DNA of 64,000 nucleotides from Escherichia coli (GTDB lineage Bacteria; Pseudomonadota; Gammaproteobacteria; Enterobacterales; Enterobacteriaceae): NCBI RefSeq assembly GCF_041886205.1, contig NZ_CP169029.1; one strand, 5' to 3'. Shown piece by piece: positions 57,481 to 64,000 of this stretch (position 1 is its first letter; each line of letters starts with the position of its first letter). The notes under the pieces were generated by a model. It saw only the letters and a program-made list of their open reading frames with translations, ran no database searches and was not told where the DNA came from. The position numbers and the translations under genes were made by a program.

Positions 57481-57792
57481 ATAAAAAATAGTCTTAGCGT
57501 GGGAAAATTTCCGAATTCCAAGCTGCCCCCTACGCTGGAAACGCCGAAATTTCCGATACAGCGAATTTGTTGATCTTTGAAGCATGTTTGGCAGGTTTTA
57601 ACGTGTACGTTTATGGTGCAGTAAGTGAGAATTTATTCGTACCAGCTATGGATACGTTACGGGCAGTGATTTTTCGCGCCAGGCAGCTATTTCTTTGCTG
57701 TCCGGTTAACGGCGGTCTTACGTACAGTGATCTTACCCAGCAATAGTGGACACGCGGCTAAGTGAGTAAACTCTCAGTCAGAGGTGACTCAC

Positions 57793-58092
57793 ATGACAAA
57801 AACAGTATCAACCAGTAAAAAACCCCGTAAACAGCATTCGCCTGAATTTCGCAGTGAAGCCCTGAAGCTTGCTGAACGCATCGGTGTTACTGCCGCAGCC
57901 CGTGAACTCAGCCTGTATGAATCACAACTCTACAACTGGCGCAGTAAACAGCAAAATCAGCAGACGTCTTCTGAACGTGAACTGGAGATGTCTACCGAGA
58001 TTGCACGTCTCAAACGCCAGCTGGCAGAACGGGATGAAGAGCTGGCTATCCTCCAAAAGGCCGCGACATACTTCGCGAAGCGCCTGAAATGA
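57793..58092 (+). CDS. IS3 transposase OrfA (InsE-like, 99 aa)
   Basis: [50 protein letters not shown]… with HTH and leucine zipper. Confidence 0.88.
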   Translation: MTKTVSTSKKPRKQHSPEFRSEALKLAERIGVTAAARELSLYESQLYNWRSKQQNQQTSSERELEMSTEIARLKRQLAERDEELAILQKAATYFAKRLK

Positions 58093-58955
58093 AGTATGTC
58101 TTTATTGAAAAACATCAGGCTGAGTTCAGCATCAAAGCAATGTGCCGCGTGCTCCGGGTGGCCCGCAGCGGCTGGTATACGTGGTGTCAGCGGCGGACAA
58201 GGATAAGCACGCGTCAGCAGTTCCGCCAACACTGCGACAGCGTTGTCCTCGCGGCTTTTACCCGGTCAAAACAGCGTTACGGTGCCCCACGCCTGACGGA
58301 TGAACTGCGTGCTCAGGGTTACCCCTTTAACGTAAAAACCGTGGCGGCAAGCCTGCGCCGTCAGGGACTGAGGGCAAAGGCCTCCCGGAAGTTCAGCCCG
58401 GTCAGCTACCGCGCAAACGGCCTGCCTGTGTCAGAAAATCTGTTGGAGCAGGATTTTTACGCCAGTGGCCCGAACCAGAAGTGGGCAGGAGACATCACGT
58501 ACTTACGTACAGATGAAGGCTGGCTGTATCTGGCAGTGGTCATTGACCTGTGGTCACGTGCCGTTATTGGCTGGTCAATGTCGCCACGCATGACGGCGCA
58601 ACTGGCCTGCGATGCCCTGCAGATGGCGCTGTGGCGGCGTAAGAGGCCCCGGAACGTTATCGTTCACACGGACCGTGGAGGCCAGTACTGTTCAGCAGAT
58701 TATCAGGCGCAACTGAAGCGGCATAATCTGCGTGGAAGTATGAGCGCAAAAGGTTGCTGCTACGATAATGCCTGCGTGGAAAGCTTCTTTCATTCGCTGA
58801 AAGTGGAATGTATCCATGGAGAACGCTTTAGCAGCCGGGAAATAATGCGGGCAACGGTGTTTAATTATATCGAGTGTGATTACAATCGCTGGCGTCGTCA
58901 CAGTGCCTGTGGCGGTCTCAGCCCGGAACAATTTGAAAACCATAATCTCGCTTAG
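58089..58955 (+). CDS. IS3 transposase OrfB (InsF-like, DDE integrase core, 288 aa)
   Basis: rve-domain catalytic region; overlaps orfA by 4 nt (ATGA), consistent with production of an OrfAB fusion by -1 frameshifting. Confidence 0.88.
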   Translation: MKYVFIEKHQAEFSIKAMCRVLRVARSGWYTWCQRRTRISTRQQFRQHCDSVVLAAFTRSKQRYGAPRLTDELRAQGYPFNVKTVAASLRRQGLRAKASRKFSPVSYRANGLPVSENLLEQDFYASGPNQKWAGDITYLRTDEGWLYLAVVIDLWSRAVIGWSMSPRMTAQLACDALQMALWRRKRPRNVIVHTDRGGQYCSADYQAQLKRHNLRGSMSAKGCCYDNACVESFFHSLKVECIHGERFSSREIMRATVFNYIECDYNRWRRHSACGGLSPEQFENHNLA

Positions 58956-59676
58956 GGCCGTGTCCACATTACGTGGGTAGGATCAATTTTCCTGATGACC
59001 CCATCGACATAGTATTTTTTCAAAGCAAGAATTGCCTTCTCGCTATGTATTCCTGATAGCTTGATCAGGATATCAAAGTCTCTTTCAGATATATTCCCCT
59101 TTGTCATGTGTCACTCCATGAATCAAATTTCATAGTAATCAATCTTTCTTTGATCGACTTATAGATAATAAGATCAGAAATGATAAAAAAGTAACGCATA
59201 TTTCTTCTCGTCATGTCTACTTATAAAATTCAAATGAACTAACCTGAACTACTTACACTGGAATATCATTATATTGGAATAATTATAAAACTGAACAAAA
59301 TGGTCAATGTAATCTGGTTAATTTATAAATATTTACATTGCGTGATGATATTTAATTCCAGTGTTAAGTAATGTCACATGCCTATTATTGGTTACTACTT
59401 TGTAGGTGTTTTGGTTCGGCGTTAATATCATTGGTCATAATCACCTGTGAAAGTTTATTCTTGAAATGTTATAGGTATATTACTTGCAATTAAAAATGAG
59501 AAATTTATTATTATTGTGTTTTGCAAATATAATAATTAAAAATTTATTATAAATTATGATTAGAATTGACAATATAAAAGAATAATAAAACTCAATATGA
59601 AAATAATTATCATCTGGTTTGATACTTTTGCTGTTGATTACAGGAATAAAGTGTCAGAATAATATTGTTATTGGGT

Positions 59677-59704
59677 AAAAAAAGCCTCCACTATATGTGG
59701 AGGC
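59677..59704 (-). terminator. Rho-independent terminator-like hairpin in the AT-rich island region
   Basis: GCCTCCAC-tatat-GTGGAGGC (8-bp GC-rich stem) with a 7-nt A-run on plus, i.e. a T-run on minus. Confidence 0.5.
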
Positions 59705-60370
59705 AAACCCTTAGATAGTTCTATTGAGGCAAGTATGTTATAAATCTGCCTTATCTTTTATAGCATATAAAGATATGTATGCTATATTTTTTTGAAGAAA
59801 TTTTTCCAGAAATTACAGTAATACAAGAAATATTAACTGGTGTGATTTTTGGATGTTTAATAAGTACAGTGTACTTATATTTTTGTAATAAAGATGAACG
59901 CGTCCTTTAGATAAACTGAAAATATTAAGCATGTCTCATGTGGTTTTCTGAATCAAAACTCTTTTCAGTCTTTGATTTTTTGTTAAAAACAGGTTTATTA
60001 CAAGGGTGTTGTTGTGAAATGTGTTTTGGTGTCGTTGTGATTTTATGGTGATAATGTGAATTTTTATCCTTTCAAGATGGCTCCCTGGACGTTAAATACA
60101 GTGGAAATTTATATTAAGATATAAATATAACTATTGCGTTATTTAAATTATTGTCTATTACAGCTCCAGTTAATAGAGCCTGAAGTAATTTCTTAGTATT
60201 TCATCATAAGCGTTTATCTATCGTCTCTTTCTAAATTAACCGGTCGTATTACAAGGTGCTGAATCTGATTAAGGAATGATACTTAGGGGATTATGGCTGA
60301 CTTAATAATTAGATAACTGATAAATGACTATCAGGGGGATATCGTTAAGTCAGCCTTTAAAATCAAGCGA

Positions 60371-61561
60371 TTATATAGCTGGTGACTCTTTTCGAAGAGC
60401 ATCAAGGTAGTCAGCGTACCATTGCATCATTTCTCGTCTTCCTTCAAGGTAACGAGCATGGTTGTATGTACCACGAATGCTGTTTTTGTCCGTATGTGCA
60501 AGTTGCATTTCAATCCATGCACTATTGAATCCTTGCTCGTGTAGAACAGTACTCATTGTATGACGAAATCCATGCCCGGTAGCTTTTTTGTCATAGCCAA
60601 TCTTCTTCAAAACCATATTGACGCTTGCATCGCTGATAGGCCTGTTAACATCATTTCTTCCGGCAAAGATGTATCTGTATCTTCCAGTCAGTTCTTTGAG
60701 GATTTGCAGAGACTGGATTGCCTGATCTGACAGAGGGACGATATGCTCCTTCCTCATTTTCATCCGGGTCGGAGGAACTTCCCATATCTTTTGGGTAAAA
60801 TCGATCTCACACCATTCCCCCATACGTAATTCTACTGTTCTCAGCCCTGTGAGCATCAACAATTTTGTAGCTTCACGGGTTACAATACTGCCGGTGTAGT
60901 TTTCGAGTTTGTATAAAAACTCTGGTAGTTCAGGAGGAAGCAGGAAAGGGTAATGTGTTCGCTTATAGCTTTTTATTGCTATAACCAGATCAGAAGCTGG
61001 ATTGTATCGTGCCCGACCTGTAACAATGGCATACCGAAACACTTCACCACATCGTTGGCGAACTTTATTAGCTAGCTCGCAGGCTCCTCGGCTTTCGATA
61101 CGCTGAAGAACTGCGAGAAGTTCAAGAGGTTCGATTTCACTAATGGGTCTGTTTCCAATGTAGGGAAACACATTATTTTTGAATGCTCTGTCGACATAAT
61201 CAGCGTAGCTGGCAGACCAGCCTGAAACTTTTGCGTTGTACCACTCGGTGGCGATTGCGGCAAAAGTTCTTCCTTCGGAAAGGTTTTTCTCAAGATTTTC
61301 AGCTTTCTTGACTTCACCGGGATCTTTACCATCGGCATGTATTTTCTTGGCTTCATCCCGACGTTTGCGAGCTTCAGCCAATGTAATAGTTGGATAGGTG
61401 CCAAATGATAGTTTCTTTTCCTTCCCCGCATAGTGGTACTTCATTCGCCAGTACTTTGAGCCGTTAGGATTGACCTGAAGGTAGAGCCCACCACCATCGG
61501 CAATCTTATAAATTTTATCTTTGGGTTTGGCTGTTTCAACTTGTCGAGCTGTCAGTGGCAT
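60371..61561 (-). CDS. P4-type tyrosine integrase (396 aa)
   Basis: N-terminus MPLTARQVETAKPKDKIYKIADGGGLYLQV… and C-terminal catalytic region (…HGFRHT…) typical of tRNA-targeting P4-like integrases; sits 175 bp from the 3' end of argW. Confidence 0.9.
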   Translation of the reverse strand: MPLTARQVETAKPKDKIYKIADGGGLYLQVNPNGSKYWRMKYHYAGKEKKLSFGTYPTITLAEARKRRDEAKKIHADGKDPGEVKKAENLEKNLSEGRTFAAIATEWYNAKVSGWSASYADYVDRAFKNNVFPYIGNRPISEIEPLELLAVLQRIESRGACELANKVRQRCGEVFRYAIVTGRARYNPASDLVIAIKSYKRTHYPFLLPPELPEFLYKLENYTGSIVTREATKLLMLTGLRTVELRMGEWCEIDFTQKIWEVPPTRMKMRKEHIVPLSDQAIQSLQILKELTGRYRYIFAGRNDVNRPISDASVNMVLKKIGYDKKATGHGFRHTMSTVLHEQGFNSAWIEMQLAHTDKNSIRGTYNHARYLEGRREMMQWYADYLDALRKESPAI

Positions 61562-61736
61562 CTGGGGGCCTCGCAATAGATTGACCAAGATGTGCCCCTA
61601 AATAGGCCCCCAAATGTGACTTGATTTACGTTCCCCTGAGGAGAATTAAGGCGACTATTTGAGTAACATAAGTAAGGGTATGTGCTGATTATAAAGGCTT
61701 TTTGTGGGGTATGGTAGATTTCAGGAGAGGTGTGCA

Positions 61737-61811
61737 TGGTGTCCCCTGCAGGAATCGAACCTGCAATTAGCCCTTAGGAGGGGCTCGTTATATCCATTTA
61801 ACTAAGAGGAC
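61737..61811 (-). tRNA. argW: tRNA-Arg (anticodon CCU)
   Basis: Reverse complement reads GTCCTCTTAGTTAAATGGATATAACGAGCCCCTCCTAAGGGCTAATTGCAGGTTCGATTCCTGCAGGGGACACCA. Confidence 0.9.
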
Positions 61812-61886
61812 AATGCGGCATGAGTATACCCGCTAATGGACTGCGGGGTAAGTACACTGCCGCTCGATTGCTTAAACCCTCGCCAT

Positions 61887-62819
61887 TTATGCTGGGTTTT
61901 TATCATTTTTCTTAATGTTTTCCGCACGTTCTGCTTTTTGGCGTGCTTCTGCTTTGCGCTTGTTGCTCATGTCGTTACGGATCTGTGCATGACTCATTAA
62001 CGCGAAGATAAAGGTGCCGCCGCAGATGTTCCCCGCTAAAGTAGGTAGTGCGAAGGGCCAGATGAAATCGCTCCAGTGCAGCGTGCCGTTAAACACTAGA
62101 TAGAGGATTTCTACAGAACCGACAACGATGTGGGTGGTGTCACCCAGTGCAATAAGCCAGGTCATCAATATAATCACCACAATCTTTGCCGCACCCGCTG
62201 CAGGAAACATCCAAACCATAGTGGCGATCAGCCAGCCGGAAATGATCGCGTTGGCAAACATCTCGCTGGGGGTGTTCTTCATCACATCCATGCCGATTTT
62301 GACAAATGCATCGCGAGTTTCTTCATTGAAGATAGGCATATATTCAAATGCCCACGCCGCAATACCTGTCCCGAGAATATTACCCAGCAGCACGACGCCC
62401 CATAATCGCATAAGTAAGCCGACGTTGCTCATTGTCGGTTTTTGCATGACAGGTAGTACCGCAGTCACGGTGTTTTCGGTAAATAATTGCTGGCGGGCCA
62501 TAATGACTATAATAAAACCAAAGGTATAACCGAGATTCTCCAGCAAGAAGCTGCCCGGCACGCCTTCCAGTTCGACATGAAATATCCCTTTTGCCAGTAA
62601 TGAAGCGCCCATCGACAGACCCGCCGCAATGGCTGACCACAGTAGTGCCATTGCGTCGCGTTCCAGCTCTTTTTCACCATCCTGGCGGATATGCTCATGA
62701 ATTGCCATCGCCCGGGAGGGGAGTCGATCTTCATCTATTTCTATTTTTTTGCCGCGCTCTTTTTCTTCGCTCTCAACTTCAATTTCGTCGCTGTGTTGAT
62801 CAATTTTGTCGTTGTCCAT
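61887..62819 (-). CDS. yfdC: FNT-family (formate/nitrite transporter-like) inner membrane protein YfdC (310 aa)
   Basis: 310-aa protein with acidic N-terminus and 6-TM FNT-like core. Confidence 0.88.
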   Translation of the reverse strand: MDNDKIDQHSDEIEVESEEKERGKKIEIDEDRLPSRAMAIHEHIRQDGEKELERDAMALLWSAIAAGLSMGASLLAKGIFHVELEGVPGSFLLENLGYTFGFIIVIMARQQLFTENTVTAVLPVMQKPTMSNVGLLMRLWGVVLLGNILGTGIAAWAFEYMPIFNEETRDAFVKIGMDVMKNTPSEMFANAIISGWLIATMVWMFPAAGAAKIVVIILMTWLIALGDTTHIVVGSVEILYLVFNGTLHWSDFIWPFALPTLAGNICGGTFIFALMSHAQIRNDMSNKRKAEARQKAERAENIKKNDKNPA

Positions 62820-63112
62820 GTTCTCTTCTCTTGAATTAGCACGTATAGCTAAAGCGTAGCGGCTTTTTTGCTCGCAACTGGCGGGAGTTACTCTGAAAAT
62901 GTAGAAAAGGCCGCGTTTGCCTTTTTCAGTTTCTATAGAATCAAGTAGCCTACAGGGCGGCGATTACCAGGCTATGATCAAATCAGCAAATCAGGGCGTC
63001 TGGACATCAGTTGACGTGCTGTTACAATCGCCCACACCTAAACAGGCGGATACGGTATCGTTCCGTCATGGATGGCAAACTGCATAAGCCATAAAAAAAC
63101 AGGGAGACATTT

Positions 63113-63868
63113 ATGAAGCTTCGCCTGTCGGCGCTTGCTCTGGGAACTACGCTTCTGGTGGGGTGTGCGAGTTCCGGTACAGATCAGCAAGGGCGTTCTG
63201 ACCCGTTAGAAGGGTTCAACCGCACCATGTACAACTTCAACTTCAATGTATTAGACCCGTATATTGTTCGACCGGTCGCTGTCGCCTGGCGTGATTATGT
63301 TCCGCAACCGGCGCGTAACGGTTTGAGCAACTTTACCGGCAACCTTGAAGAACCTGCGGTGATGGTTAACTACTTCTTGCAGGGCGACCCTTATCAGGGG
63401 ATGGTCCACTTTACCCGCTTTTTCCTGAACACCATTTTGGGGATGGGCGGCTTTATTGATGTTGCAGGGATGGCGAACCCGAAACTGCAACGGACTGAAC
63501 CTCACCGCTTCGGTAGTACGCTTGGTCATTATGGCGTGGGTTATGGGCCGTACGTTCAGTTACCATTCTACGGTAGCTTCACGCTGCGTGATGACGGTGG
63601 TGATATGGCGGATGGTCTTTACCCGGTCCTTTCCTGGTTGACCTGGCCGATGTCTGTAGGTAAATGGACGCTTGAAGGGATCGAAACCCGCGCACAGCTG
63701 CTGGATTCCGACGGTCTGCTGCGTCAGTCGTCCGATCCTTATATTATGGTGCGCGAAGCGTACTTCCAGCGTCATGATTTCATCGCTAATGGCGGCGAAC
63801 TCAAACCGCAGGAAAATCCGAACGCGCAAGCGATTCAGGATGATTTAAAAGATATCGATTCTGAATAA
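63113..63868 (+). CDS. mlaA: Outer-membrane lipoprotein MlaA (VacJ, 251 aa)
   Basis: Lipoprotein signal with lipobox LLVGC; 251 aa. Confidence 0.92.
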   Translation: MKLRLSALALGTTLLVGCASSGTDQQGRSDPLEGFNRTMYNFNFNVLDPYIVRPVAVAWRDYVPQPARNGLSNFTGNLEEPAVMVNYFLQGDPYQGMVHFTRFFLNTILGMGGFIDVAGMANPKLQRTEPHRFGSTLGHYGVGYGPYVQLPFYGSFTLRDDGGDMADGLYPVLSWLTWPMSVGKWTLEGIETRAQLLDSDGLLRQSSDPYIMVREAYFQRHDFIANGGELKPQENPNAQAIQDDLKDIDSE

Positions 63869-63877
63869 GAAACAAAT

Positions 63878-63910
63878 AAAAAAGGTGAGTCGTAAAACTC
63901 ACCTTTTTTG
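63878..63910 (+). terminator. Rho-independent terminator after mlaA
   Basis: aaaaaa-ggtgagt-cgtaaa-actcacc-tttttt. Confidence 0.65.
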
Positions 63911-64000
63911 TTGTTATTCCTCAATTACCCCAAGTAAAAGAAGATAAACCGACAATAACCTGGACGTAATTATGTAAAAATACTGATGTTCGTCATTGTC

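Larger units (their letters stand above)
57728..58985 (+). mobile_element. IS3 insertion sequence, 1258 bp, apparently intact
   Basis: Ends TGATCTTACCCAGCAATAGTGGACA … TGTCCACATTACGTGGGTAGGATCA; overlapping orfA/orfB typical of IS3. Confidence 0.9.

Noticed and set aside
59779..59910. 43-codon ORF (MLYFFEEIFPEITVIQEILTGVIFGCLISTVYLYFCNKDERVL) in the AT-rich island region
   Set aside because: No ribosome-binding site and AT-rich context where random ORFs of this length are expected; kept only as a possibility under the AT-rich region finding.

Overview
This window is an Escherichia coli chromosomal segment running, in reverse K-12 orientation, from the 3' part of ligA to mlaA (ligA–ypeB–yfeH–yfeR … gltX … pdeA–nupC–mntH … glk–fry/ypd operons … alaC–lpxP … frc–oxc–yfdVE–evgSA–emrKY–dsdA … argW–yfdC–mlaA). 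Assignments were made by reading the supplied six-frame translations and the DNA itself; no database search was run, so family names rest on recalled protein sequences. Most of the window is conserved core genome. No CRISPR array or recognisable defence, toxin–antitoxin or secretion-system operon was found. The unusual content is accessory and sits in three places. (1) emrK is split by a complete 1057-bp IS903-like element flanked by a 9-bp direct repeat. (2) A ~15.5-kb non-K-12 block lies between a dsdX 3' remnant and tRNA-Arg argW. It carries the csc sucrose genes (cscR, cscA, cscK, cscB), IS debris, a 1165-aa autotransporter, an intact IS3, a 1.4-kb AT-rich stretch without ORFs and a P4-type integrase. 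(3) The xapR–xapB–xapA–yfeN block expected between the tRNA cluster and yfeR is absent, and a small Gln-rich FlxA-like ORF sits there instead. The best candidate for something uncharacterised is the autotransporter and its surrounding island DNA.
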